Positions 11,394-20,574 of a DNA stretch of 64,000 nucleotides are shown here, piece after piece. The translations under genes and the position numbers were made by a program. Source of the DNA: an uncultured Bacteroidota bacterium (GTDB taxonomy: Bacteria > Bacteroidota > Bacteroidia > Flavobacteriales > Flavobacteriaceae); the NCBI GenBank assembly GCA_902613595.1, contig CACMHY010000007.1, forward strand, positions 16,265 through 80,264. Reading direction: 5' to 3'. How positions within the stretch are numbered: position 1 is the stretch's first letter; the number at the start of each line of letters is the position of its first letter. The notes beneath the pieces are model-generated. The model made no database searches and was not told where the DNA came from. It saw only the letters and a program-made list of their open reading frames with translations.

Positions 11394-12297
11394 AAAAATT
11401 AAAGTTTTCTTATTTCTTTTTTTTATAAGTTTTGTGCGATCCCAAGACTCAACACCCAAAGTATTTTATTTATTTAAATCAGATAATAATTATCAGAATA
11501 CACTAAACAATTTAAAAATATCTTACAATAAAACAAAAAATAAAAAGCTGATAGATTCCATTGCAGAACTGTCTTTTACACATAAAGATTGGGAAAACTC
11601 AATAAAATTTTTACAAATGAGTTTAAAAATAAAACCAAATTCAAAATACTTTTTTTTACTTGGTGCTGCTTCAGGATATAGATCGCTAGAAGTATCAATA
11701 TTTTCATCAACAAAATATATCAAAATTATGAAGAGAGCTTTTCAGGAAGCAGTAAATCTCGAACCGAAAAATATACTTTTTTTAATTGCACAAGTTGATG
11801 TGCTTGTGTCAATACCATCAATTTTTGGGGGAAGTATTGACGAAGCGAAAAGTTACATTTATAGAATCAAAGAGTTAGATCCAATTGAGGGCCTTATTGC
11901 TGAGGGACTTTTTTATGAAAAAACTAACGATATTCTAGAAGCAGATAAAACTTACAATAAATTATTTCATATTTTATTATCAACCTTTAACAGTTGTTCT
12001 GATTCTTTTTTAATTTATTTAAAAAAGAGCAGAAGAAATTTATCTTATGATATAGGAAGAATTGCATCTGACTATGAATTAGATCCAGAGTGGGGTATTT
12101 TTGCACTTTCATTCTATGGAGAAAGACATGTTCTTCGGGATTCAATTCCTTTACCCTGGGTTTATTACCATATTGCGAAATTAGAAAAAATGAAAGGTGA
12201 CAAAGCGCGTATGGAAATTTTTATTTCAAAACTCAAACCATATGAAAATGACTATCCTTCTATTTCGAGTTTAATTAATGGATTGATCCAACAATGA
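11386..12297 (+). CDS. secreted hypothetical protein, helical-repeat (TPR-like) composition
   Basis: 303 aa. N-terminal signal peptide '[14 protein letters not shown]'. No catalytic motif recognised. 8-nt overlap with obg and 4-nt overlap with mpl. Confidence 0.5.
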   Translation: MNRKIKVFLFLFFISFVRSQDSTPKVFYLFKSDNNYQNTLNNLKISYNKTKNKKLIDSIAELSFTHKDWENSIKFLQMSLKIKPNSKYFFLLGAASGYRSLEVSIFSSTKYIKIMKRAFQEAVNLEPKNILFLIAQVDVLVSIPSIFGGSIDEAKSYIYRIKELDPIEGLIAEGLFYEKTNDILEADKTYNKLFHILLSTFNSCSDSFLIYLKKSRRNLSYDIGRIASDYELDPEWGIFALSFYGERHVLRDSIPLPWVYYHIAKLEKMKGDKARMEIFISKLKPYENDYPSISSLINGLIQQ

Positions 12298-13655
12298 ATT
12301 TACATTTTGTAGCAATAGGCGGAAGTGCAATGCATAGTTTAGCTATCGCTATGCATCGACTCGGACATAAAGTTAGTGGAAGCGACGATATAATTTTTGA
12401 GCCTTCGAAAAGTAATTTAAGAAACACTGGATTGCTACCACCAAGGTTGGGTTGGTTTCCTAAGAAAATAGATTCAGAAATTGACATTGTAATTTTAGGT
12501 ATGCACTCTAAAAAAGACAATCCTGAATTATTAAAAGCACAAGATTTAGGATTAAATATTCAATCTTATCCGGAATTTTTATCAGAAATATCAAAGAATA
12601 AAACAAAAGTAGTAATAGCTGGTAGTCATGGTAAAACAACTATTACCTCTATGATTATCCATGTTCTAAAATACCATGCTATTGATATTGACTTCATGGT
12701 TGGAGCTCCTCAAATAAATATTAATAGAACAATTGAAATTTCAGAAAAAAATAATTTTATTTTAATTGAAGGCGATGAATATTTATCCTCACCTATTGAC
12801 AGAAAGCCAAAATTTTTGTGGTACAAGCCTGAAATAGCATTAATTAGTGGAATTGCTTGGGATCATATAAACGTCTACCCAAACTATGATGATTATGTTA
12901 AACAATTTAATAGTTTTATTTCTTCGATTCAACCTGGTGGCGTTTTGATTTTTAATAATGAAGATAAATTGCTTAAAGAATTGGTCGAAAATAATTCAAA
13001 TACAATAAAGAAAATCCCCTATAGTACTCCCAATTTTTTCGTTGAAAATACTACAACTTATCTTGAGACTGAAGAAGGTGAAATTCCGACATCAATTTTT
13101 GGGAGTCATAATTTATTAAATCTTTCTGGAGCTCAGTGGATTTCTCAATTAATGGGTGTTAATATTTCTGATTTTTACGAAGCTATTCCAAGTTTTAAAG
13201 GTGCATCAAAACGTTTAGAATGTCAAGCAAAAGGGAAAACTTCATTTCTTTTTAATGACTTTGCACACGCTCCAAGTAAAGTCAAAGCGACCGTGGATGC
13301 AATTGATAGACAGTTTCTTAATTATGAAATAACATTTTGTCTTGAGCTGCACACATTTAGTAGTTTAGATTTGGAGTTCCTAAAAAAATATGCTGATACT
13401 TTAAAAAAAACAAGTAATTCAATTATTTTTTATGATCCTGTTGTTTTAAAAAATAAAAACAGAAGACCGATTTCAGAGGATTATATTAAAAAAGCTTTCG
13501 ATCACCCAACTCTAAAATTATTTACAGATAAAAATGCTTTAATGAATTTTTTAATTGATAAAAATTATGACAAACATGTACTAGTTTTTATGAGCTCTGG
13601 AAATTTTGGTGGCATAGATTGGGAAATAATTAAATCACATATTAGGAAATTTTAA
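12294..13655 (+). CDS. mpl: UDP-N-acetylmuramate:L-alanyl-gamma-D-glutamyl-meso-diaminopimelate ligase (Mur-ligase family)
   Basis: 453 aa. MurC/Mpl-type N-terminus 'HFVAIGGSAMHSLAIAMHRLGHKVSGSD'. ATP site 'GSHGKTTITSM'. A separate murC lies in the dcw cluster. Confidence 0.8.
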   Translation: MNLHFVAIGGSAMHSLAIAMHRLGHKVSGSDDIIFEPSKSNLRNTGLLPPRLGWFPKKIDSEIDIVILGMHSKKDNPELLKAQDLGLNIQSYPEFLSEISKNKTKVVIAGSHGKTTITSMIIHVLKYHAIDIDFMVGAPQININRTIEISEKNNFILIEGDEYLSSPIDRKPKFLWYKPEIALISGIAWDHINVYPNYDDYVKQFNSFISSIQPGGVLIFNNEDKLLKELVENNSNTIKKIPYSTPNFFVENTTTYLETEEGEIPTSIFGSHNLLNLSGAQWISQLMGVNISDFYEAIPSFKGASKRLECQAKGKTSFLFNDFAHAPSKVKATVDAIDRQFLNYEITFCLELHTFSSLDLEFLKKYADTLKKTSNSIIFYDPVVLKNKNRRPISEDYIKKAFDHPTLKLFTDKNALMNFLIDKNYDKHVLVFMSSGNFGGIDWEIIKSHIRKF

Positions 13656-13681
13656 TTTTTTTAAAAATTACTTTTACCTTT

Positions 13682-13689
13682 TATTTTTG
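13682..13689 (+). promoter_or_regulatory. candidate Bacteroidetes sigma-A -7 box (TAnnTTTG)
   Basis: Exact 'TATTTTTG' about 19-22 nt upstream of the 13708/13711 start. The motif is frequent by chance in AT-rich DNA. Confidence 0.3.
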
Positions 13690-13707
13690 AAGATCATTTA
13701 AAAGTTT

Positions 13708-15003
13708 TTGATGTTTTTAGTTTATACTCATAAAATTACTCCCCGATTAAAATATATTTTCAAACACATATTTGAAAACATGCTAATGATCAATTTTGAT
13801 CTAACTACTAAGGTTGAAATTTTTGTTGCGCATTCTGGTCCAAAACTTAGTTATTCGAATAAACCCTTAGGAGATGAATTTTTTATAAAATCACATTTGT
13901 TACTCTTTGAGCAAGGAATAACACCTCAAAAGTTAAAACTTGATTTTTGGGATGAACTTCCAATCTTTTTTTTAACAGATGTAGAATGTAATTGTCCTTT
14001 TGACATATTTGCTGCAAGCTTTTTTCTTCTTTGTCGTTATGAAGAGTGTATACCATATTTGAAAACAAATTCGGGGTACTTTGATCCGTCTCATAGTATT
14101 TCAATGAAATTTAATTTTTTAGAATTACCAATTATTGATTTGTGGGTATCAAAATTCCAAGAACAATTAGCTTCAAATTTCCGAGAAATATTGAAGAAAG
14201 ACGAATATAAACCATCTAAAAAAATTTTATTAGAAGTCCCTTTAGCATTTAGATATTCTAATCGGTCATTTCTCGAAAATTTAGAGGACTTTATTTCTTC
14301 GGTATTGAAGTTAAATCTTAAACAATTAATTAACCAAATTTTAGTATTGATCCGAATAAAAAATGACCCATTTGACACTTTTGATTTTTGGAAACAATGG
14401 TTTAATAAGAGTTCAACAAAACCAATTGTCTTTTTTCTTTTTGCTCACAGTTCTTCTTACCAAACAACTACTTCAATATTTAATCTTAGATTCAGAAAAA
14501 TTATTAAAAAAACGGGTGATTTTTTTTCTTTAGGTTTACTTACTTCAATTAAAGCTCAAATTGATTCAAAAAAACAAATCGTAAGAGAAAAAAATGATTT
14601 CCAAAAATTGACCAATAGAACAATTTTTGATGTTCGACTAAGTAATGGTATTGTTAATTTGAGAAAAGATTATGAAATGCTCTCAGAGAACGAGTTTAAA
14701 AATGACTATAGCATGGGCTATTTGGATCGAATTGGTTTTCGTGCTGGTACTGCAACCCCATTTTATTTTTATGATGTTTCAAGAGAAATTCAACTTTCAA
14801 TTAAGTTAACTCCTATTTTCGCAACAGAAAAATCACTAAAATATTTAAATGATTCGTTCCCCTTTGAAAAGTTACTTAGAGTTTATGAAAAGCTACCCTT
14901 ATCCACTTCAGTTCTCACTTTAGCTTTGTCAAATGGTTTTTTGGATCCTGGTTTGAAAAGTAATATATTACAAAAAGGGTTTTTAGATTTTATCAGTGAT
15001 TAG
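13708..15003 (+). CDS. conserved hypothetical protein (possibly polysaccharide-deacetylase-like family; not verifiable here)
   Basis: 431-aa ORF. The N-terminus 'VYTHKITPRLKYIFKHIF' resembles, from memory, a Bacteroidetes-wide family annotated as deacetylase-like. No metal or catalytic motif confidently seen. Confidence 0.5.
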   Translation: MMFLVYTHKITPRLKYIFKHIFENMLMINFDLTTKVEIFVAHSGPKLSYSNKPLGDEFFIKSHLLLFEQGITPQKLKLDFWDELPIFFLTDVECNCPFDIFAASFFLLCRYEECIPYLKTNSGYFDPSHSISMKFNFLELPIIDLWVSKFQEQLASNFREILKKDEYKPSKKILLEVPLAFRYSNRSFLENLEDFISSVLKLNLKQLINQILVLIRIKNDPFDTFDFWKQWFNKSSTKPIVFFLFAHSSSYQTTTSIFNLRFRKIIKKTGDFFSLGLLTSIKAQIDSKKQIVREKNDFQKLTNRTIFDVRLSNGIVNLRKDYEMLSENEFKNDYSMGYLDRIGFRAGTATPFYFYDVSREIQLSIKLTPIFATEKSLKYLNDSFPFEKLLRVYEKLPLSTSVLTLALSNGFLDPGLKSNILQKGFLDFISD

Positions 15004-15691
15004 TACAAATCGAATTTCAGATATTTTTTTTGATTTAGACCATACACTATGGGATTTTGAAAAAAACTCTGCACTCACATTTAAATTGATATTTGAAAAA
15101 TTAAATTACTCGATACAAATTGATGATTTTCTCGCTCATTACAATCCCATAAATCAAATTTGCTGGAAGCTTTATAGAGAGAATAAAATTAGTCAAAAAG
15201 AATTGCGAATACAAAGGTTAGTCCAAACATTCAACTCTTTAAATATTAATATTAAAGTTAAAGATCTAAAGTATATATCGTATATGTATATCGAGAATCT
15301 CTCAAAGTTTCCGCACCTGTTTGATGGTGCTATCGATTTGTTAAAACATCTTGAACGAAATTATAAATTACACATCATAACAAATGGATTTGATAGAGTA
15401 CAAAAGTTTAAAATAAAAAATTCAGGATTAAAGCCTTACTTCAATTTTATTTTTACCGCAGAAAAAGTAGGTTACAAAAAACCACATCCCAAAATTTTTG
15501 AAATTGCAATGAAAACCTCTGGCTCTACGCCTTACAAATCATTAATGATAGGTGATAGTTTTGAGGCTGATATTCAGGGGGCTTTAAAATTAGGCATGCA
15601 GGCATTACATTTTAATTCACATAACGAGCCAGAACATAAAAGTTGTTCAATTGTATATTCTTTAAATGATATTCAACAAATATTCAATTGA
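14996..15691 (+). CDS. HAD-superfamily hydrolase (YjjG-like nucleotidase/phosphatase type)
   Basis: 231 aa. HAD motif I 'FDLDHTLWD', motif II 'ITNG', motif IV 'MIGDSFEADIQGA'. Confidence 0.8.
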   Translation: MISTNRISDIFFDLDHTLWDFEKNSALTFKLIFEKLNYSIQIDDFLAHYNPINQICWKLYRENKISQKELRIQRLVQTFNSLNINIKVKDLKYISYMYIENLSKFPHLFDGAIDLLKHLERNYKLHIITNGFDRVQKFKIKNSGLKPYFNFIFTAEKVGYKKPHPKIFEIAMKTSGSTPYKSLMIGDSFEADIQGALKLGMQALHFNSHNEPEHKSCSIVYSLNDIQQIFN

Positions 15692-15727
15692 AATACATTT
15701 TTAGAATGCCAACTATAATGCTTATTT

Positions 15728-16063
15728 TTGACTATGGACTTAAGTGGGGCTCAAGAAGAAGTAGATAAATGGATTAAATCTCATGGAGTTCGTTATTTTT
15801 CTGAGCTTACAAACATGGCACAACTAACAGAGGAAGTTGGAGAAGTCGCACGAATAATTTCTAGACGATATGGAGAACAGTCAGACAAAGACTCAGATAA
15901 ACATAAAGATCTTGGTGAAGAATTGGCGGATGTAATTTTTGTAACAATTTGTCTAGCTAACCAAACAGGTGTTGATCTTACTTCAGCTTTTAAAAATAAG
16001 TTAAACAAAAAAACTGCACGTGATCACAGGCGTCACCAAAACAACCCTAAGTTAAAATCTTAA
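15728..16063 (+). CDS. small MazG-family nucleotide pyrophosphohydrolase
   Basis: 111 aa. 'EEVGEVARII...LGEELADVIFVTICLAN' EExxE/ExxD-type MazG core. ATG at 15734 is the more likely start. Confidence 0.85.
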   Translation: MTMDLSGAQEEVDKWIKSHGVRYFSELTNMAQLTEEVGEVARIISRRYGEQSDKDSDKHKDLGEELADVIFVTICLANQTGVDLTSAFKNKLNKKTARDHRRHQNNPKLKS

Positions 16064-16070
16064 ATCACTC

Positions 16071-17294
16071 ATGCAGATTGACATTAAGCACAATACAAAA
16101 AAATGTAATGGCAAACTAAGCATAACGGGTTCAAAAAGTGAAACAAATAGGTTACTATTATTGCAAGGACTAATCTCAGGATTTGAAATTAAAAATAAGT
16201 CTAATTCAGAGGATAGCAGGTTAATGAAGGCTGCTCTTTCGTCAAAAGCTAAAGTTATTGATATTAATCATGCTGGAACTGCAATGCGTTTTTTAACTGC
16301 TTATTTTTCTCAAGTTGACGGGCGAGAAGTTTTGCTGACAGGTTCCAAAAGAATGCAGGAAAGACCAATCAAAATACTTGTTGATGCATTAAACTTTTTG
16401 GGAGCTAAGATTAAATATGAAAATAAAAATGGTTACCCACCGTTACATATCAAGGGAAAAAATTTAAAAGGCGGCTCTGTATGCCTTCCAGCTAACATTA
16501 GCAGTCAATTTATCTCAGCTTTAATAATGATTGGACCTTTCATTGAAAAGGGAATTGAATTAAAACTAACTGGTAAAATCACTTCAAAATCATATATAAA
16601 TATGACTCTATTGTTATTAGAAAGATTTGGTGTGGAAACAAATTTTGATGGTCAGATAATTACAGTCAAATACAAACATAATCCTATTAAAATTGATCAA
16701 ATTGTTGAATCAGATTGGAGTTCAGCGTCATATATTTTCAGCATAGTTGCACTTTCTGAAGAGTCAGAAATTTCATTAAAAACTTTCAAATCAAAAAGTT
16801 TACAAGGAGATTCAATAATTCGAGATATTTACAAAAAACTTGGTGTAACCTCAGATTTTAAAGGGAAAAATCTTATTTTAAAGAAAGAAAATATCAAACT
16901 TCCAAAGAAAATATTTTATGATCTATCAAATTCACCCGATATAGCTCAAACAATTGCTGTTACATGTTATGGTTTGGGAGTAGAATGTGAATTAGTTGGT
17001 CTACACACCTTAAAAATTAAAGAAACAGATAGACTGTTAGCTCTTCAAACAGAGTTAAGAAAGTTAGGGGCAAATATTTCGATTACCGAGAATAGTCTGT
17101 TTTTGTACTCTAATTCGAGTTTTATAAATAATTGTTCTATTGCTACCTATAATGACCATAGAATGGCAATGGCTTTTGCTCCATTATCAATTATAAAACC
17201 TTTATCAATTCAAGATCCATCTGTAGTTTCAAAGTCTTATCCTGACTTTTGGAATGATCTTATCCAGCTAGGTTTTAACATTAAAGATAGATAA
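16071..17294 (+). CDS. aroA: 3-phosphoshikimate 1-carboxyvinyltransferase (EPSP synthase)
   Basis: 407 aa. 'GSKSETNRLLLL', 'HAGTAMRFLTAY', 'LKIKETDRL', 'YNDHRMAMAF'. Confidence 0.92.
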   Translation: MQIDIKHNTKKCNGKLSITGSKSETNRLLLLQGLISGFEIKNKSNSEDSRLMKAALSSKAKVIDINHAGTAMRFLTAYFSQVDGREVLLTGSKRMQERPIKILVDALNFLGAKIKYENKNGYPPLHIKGKNLKGGSVCLPANISSQFISALIMIGPFIEKGIELKLTGKITSKSYINMTLLLLERFGVETNFDGQIITVKYKHNPIKIDQIVESDWSSASYIFSIVALSEESEISLKTFKSKSLQGDSIIRDIYKKLGVTSDFKGKNLILKKENIKLPKKIFYDLSNSPDIAQTIAVTCYGLGVECELVGLHTLKIKETDRLLALQTELRKLGANISITENSLFLYSNSSFINNCSIATYNDHRMAMAFAPLSIIKPLSIQDPSVVSKSYPDFWNDLIQLGFNIKDR

Positions 17295-17330
17295 TTTGTA
17301 TTTTACTTGACAACGTCTTAATCAAGTTGG

Positions 17331-17338
17331 TATATTTG
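17331..17338 (+). promoter_or_regulatory. candidate promoter for queA: -7 box TATATTTG, with TTGACA 19 nt upstream
   Basis: Exact TAnnTTTG match 16 nt before the queA ATG. 'TTGACA' at 17306-17311. Confidence 0.4.
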
Positions 17339-17354
17339 CATTCAAAAATAATTA

Positions 17355-18404
17355 ATGAAACTTTCTGATTTTCAATTTGATCTTCCTAAAAACCTTCTCG
17401 CACAAAGGCCATCTCCAGATAGAGATGAATCCAGGTTAATGGTTCTAAGTAGAAAAGAGGAAAAAATTGAACACTATGTATTCAAGGATATCATCGACTT
17501 TTTCGATGAAGGCGATGTAATGGTTTTAAACAATACGAAAGTTTTTCCTGCTCGCCTTTTTGGAAATAAAGAGAAAACAGGGGCAAGAATTGAGGTTTTT
17601 CTTCTTAGAGAATTAAATCAAGAGCAAAGGCTCTGGGACGTATTGGTTGATCCCGCAAGAAAAATTAGAATTGGTAATAAGTTGTATTTTGGAGAAGATG
17701 ATAGTTTAGTTGCAGAAGTGATTGACAACACAACTTCAAGGGGGAGGACCCTTCGCTTTCTCTTTGATGGAAATTATGATCAATTTAGATTGAAATTAAA
17801 AGAGCTTGGACAAACTCCATTACCAAAATATATAAATAGACCCTTAGAAGATGAGGACCAAGAGCGTTATCAAACAATTTATGCAAAACATGAAGGTGCA
17901 GTTGCAGCACCAACAGCAGGGCTTCATTTTTCAAAACATTTGTTAAAACGTTTGGAGATAAAAGGTATTGATATTGCAGAATTAACTCTTCATGTTGGAC
18001 TGGGAACCTTTAGCCCAGTAGAAGTTGAAGATTTGTCCAAACATAAAATGGATTCCGAAGAGTTAATTATTGATAACATAGCAGTTGAAAAAGTTAACAG
18101 GGCTTGGCTAGACAAGAAAAAAATCTGCGCAGTTGGGACAACAGTCATGAGAGGACTTGAGAGCTCTGTTTCTTCTTCTGGAATGTTAAATCAATATGAG
18201 GGATGGACTCACAAGTTTATTTTTCCACCCTATGATTTTTCCATAGCAAATTGTATGATTACAAATTTTCATACACCTAAATCTACACTTATGATGATGG
18301 TTTCTGCGTTTGCTAGCACAGATTTTATCAAGCATGCATATAAAACTGCCATAAAGGAAAAATACAATTTCTACTCATATGGGGATGCTATGTTGATAAT
18401 TTAG
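17355..18404 (+). CDS. queA: S-adenosylmethionine:tRNA ribosyltransferase-isomerase
   Basis: 349 aa. '[19 protein letters not shown]...RDESRLMV', 'AAPTAGLHF', 'VGTTVMR'. Confidence 0.95.
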   Translation: MKLSDFQFDLPKNLLAQRPSPDRDESRLMVLSRKEEKIEHYVFKDIIDFFDEGDVMVLNNTKVFPARLFGNKEKTGARIEVFLLRELNQEQRLWDVLVDPARKIRIGNKLYFGEDDSLVAEVIDNTTSRGRTLRFLFDGNYDQFRLKLKELGQTPLPKYINRPLEDEDQERYQTIYAKHEGAVAAPTAGLHFSKHLLKRLEIKGIDIAELTLHVGLGTFSPVEVEDLSKHKMDSEELIIDNIAVEKVNRAWLDKKKICAVGTTVMRGLESSVSSSGMLNQYEGWTHKFIFPPYDFSIANCMITNFHTPKSTLMMMVSAFASTDFIKHAYKTAIKEKYNFYSYGDAMLII

Positions 18405-18440
18405 GCTTTAAAAATTGTAGTTTAGTTTTTACTGTAGTAT

Positions 18441-19490
18441 GTGAAAAATTTCAAAAAAAACATTCGTAATCTTAGCAAAGAAGAGTTACAAGATTTTTTT
18501 CTATCAAATGGGATTTCGTCATATAAAGGGACCCAAGTTTACAAGTGGCTCTGGGAGAAAGGAGTAGTTAATTTTGATGATATGACAAACCTTTCATTAT
18601 CCCAAAGATCTTTGTTGAAAAGAGAATTCATAATAAATCACGCTTTAATTAATAATAAAAAATTAAGTAATGACGGGACTTCAAAATATTCTGTTAAACT
18701 TTATGATGGTTTAATAATTGAATCTGTACTAATTCCAACAACTAGAAGAGTAACAGCTTGCATTTCTTCCCAAGTAGGATGCAGCTTAGATTGTATTTTT
18801 TGTGCTACTTCAATTTTAAAACGTATGCGCAATTTAAATTCAGATGAAATTTATGATCAAATTTTATTAATGAATCATGAAAGTCTGATAAGTTACAAAA
18901 GGCCAATATCAAATATTGTATTTATGGGAATGGGTGAACCACTTATGAATTACAATAATGTTTTAAGCGCAATCAAAAAATTAACTAGTACGGAAGGACT
19001 GAAAATGTCTCCAAAAAGAATAACACTCTCAACTTCAGGTATCCCAAAAATTATCAAGAAGATGGCTGATGGAAATGTAAAATTCAAGCTTGCAGTTTCT
19101 TTACATAGTGCTATTCAAAGTATTAGAGAAAAAATTATGCCTTTTGCGAATAAATTTCCGCTAGAAGAACTACTTGATGCACTTTTATATTGGTATAATA
19201 TAACTAAAAGTATTGTAACCATAGAATATATTGTTTGGGAAGGAATAAACGACCAAAAAAGAGATATAGAGGCCTTAGTAGAATTTTGTAAAAAAATTCC
19301 TTCCAAAGTAAATTTAATTCAATATAATCCCACAGATAACTTTCACAAAAGCGAGGCCAATAAAGAAGTCTTAAATGCTTATATTAAAACACTAAACTTC
19401 TCTAAAATAAGAGTCACATATCGAAAATCTAGAGGTTATGATATTAATGCTGCATGTGGCCAGTTAGCAAATAAAATAACCTCAAACTGA
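18441..19490 (+). CDS. rlmN: 23S rRNA/tRNA A2503 C2-methyltransferase, radical SAM
   Basis: 349 aa. Radical-SAM cluster 'GCSLDCIFCAT', 'MGMGEPLMN', C-terminal 'INAACGQL'. Confidence 0.93.
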   Translation: MKNFKKNIRNLSKEELQDFFLSNGISSYKGTQVYKWLWEKGVVNFDDMTNLSLSQRSLLKREFIINHALINNKKLSNDGTSKYSVKLYDGLIIESVLIPTTRRVTACISSQVGCSLDCIFCATSILKRMRNLNSDEIYDQILLMNHESLISYKRPISNIVFMGMGEPLMNYNNVLSAIKKLTSTEGLKMSPKRITLSTSGIPKIIKKMADGNVKFKLAVSLHSAIQSIREKIMPFANKFPLEELLDALLYWYNITKSIVTIEYIVWEGINDQKRDIEALVEFCKKIPSKVNLIQYNPTDNFHKSEANKEVLNAYIKTLNFSKIRVTYRKSRGYDINAACGQLANKITSN

Positions 19491-19538
19491 AAGTCTTTTT
19501 GTATTTTAAGATCTCTTAAAATAAATTTTAAATATAAC

Positions 19539-20516
19539 ATGAAAGTTGTCGAAAAAATCAAAAGACCAATTTATGATGAAATGGAAGTCTTTGAAAAGAA
19601 ATTCTCAGACTCTATGTCGTCAAACGTCGCACTTCTGAATAGGATAACTCATTTTATTGTGAATCGCAAGGGTAAACAAATGCGCCCTATGTTTGTTTTT
19701 CTGGTATCGAAAATGTTCGGAAAAGGCAAGATAAATGAGAGAACTTATCGTGGTGCAGCTGTGATAGAATTGATTCACACAGCTACACTAGTTCATGATG
19801 ATGTAGTCGATGACAGTTATAAAAGAAGAGGTTTTTTTTCAATCAATGCATTGTGGAAAAATAAGATTGCTGTTTTAGTAGGTGACTATTTACTTTCAAA
19901 AGGATTGCTCTTGTCTATTGAAAATGAAGATTTTGACTTATTAAAAATAATATCTGTAGCTGTTAGGGAAATGAGCCAGGGGGAATTATTACAAATTGAA
20001 AAATCAAGATCATTGGATATTACTTTAGACACCTATTTTGAAATTATAAGACAAAAAACAGCTATTTTGATAGCTTCGTGTTGTGCGATTGGTGCACAGG
20101 CAGTAAATTGTAATAAAGAAGAAGTTCAGAAAATGCACAAATTTGGAGAACTAATAGGTATGTCATTTCAAATAAAAGATGATCTTTTTGATTATGGAAA
20201 ACAGAAAATTGGAAAACCTGTTGGCATTGACATAAAAGAAAAAAAAATTACGCTTCCACTAATTCATGCTTTAAATAGATCTAGCAAATCTGAAAGGCGG
20301 CTTATTATTAATACAATAAAAAATGAAAACAAAAACAAAAGTAAAGTTGATGAATTAATTAAGTTGGTCAAACAAAAAGGAGGTATAGAATATGCCGAAA
20401 AAAAAATGAATTTTTACCGTCAAACGGCTCTTGCAATTTTACATGAATTTCCAAAAAATGATTATCGTGATTCACTTGAACTTATGCTAAACTATGTAGT
20501 TGAAAGAAAAATATAA
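19539..20516 (+). CDS. long-chain trans-polyprenyl diphosphate synthase
   Basis: 325 aa. First DDxxD 'LVHDDVVDDS' and second 'FQIKDDLFD'. Confidence 0.85.
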   Translation: MKVVEKIKRPIYDEMEVFEKKFSDSMSSNVALLNRITHFIVNRKGKQMRPMFVFLVSKMFGKGKINERTYRGAAVIELIHTATLVHDDVVDDSYKRRGFFSINALWKNKIAVLVGDYLLSKGLLLSIENEDFDLLKIISVAVREMSQGELLQIEKSRSLDITLDTYFEIIRQKTAILIASCCAIGAQAVNCNKEEVQKMHKFGELIGMSFQIKDDLFDYGKQKIGKPVGIDIKEKKITLPLIHALNRSSKSERRLIINTIKNENKNKSKVDELIKLVKQKGGIEYAEKKMNFYRQTALAILHEFPKNDYRDSLELMLNYVVERKI

Positions 20517-20574
20517 CTTATTTTGTCTTCTTTAAATTCTTTAATAAAATGATAAATTTATAAAAAACACGAGC

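Noticed and set aside
15723-15730. Exact TAnnTTTG match (TATTTTTG) upstream of the MazG-like gene
   Set aside because: It ends only 3 nt before the likely ATG (15734) and overlaps the alternative TTG start (15728), which is incompatible with a -7 element for this gene. The motif is expected many times by chance in DNA of this composition.
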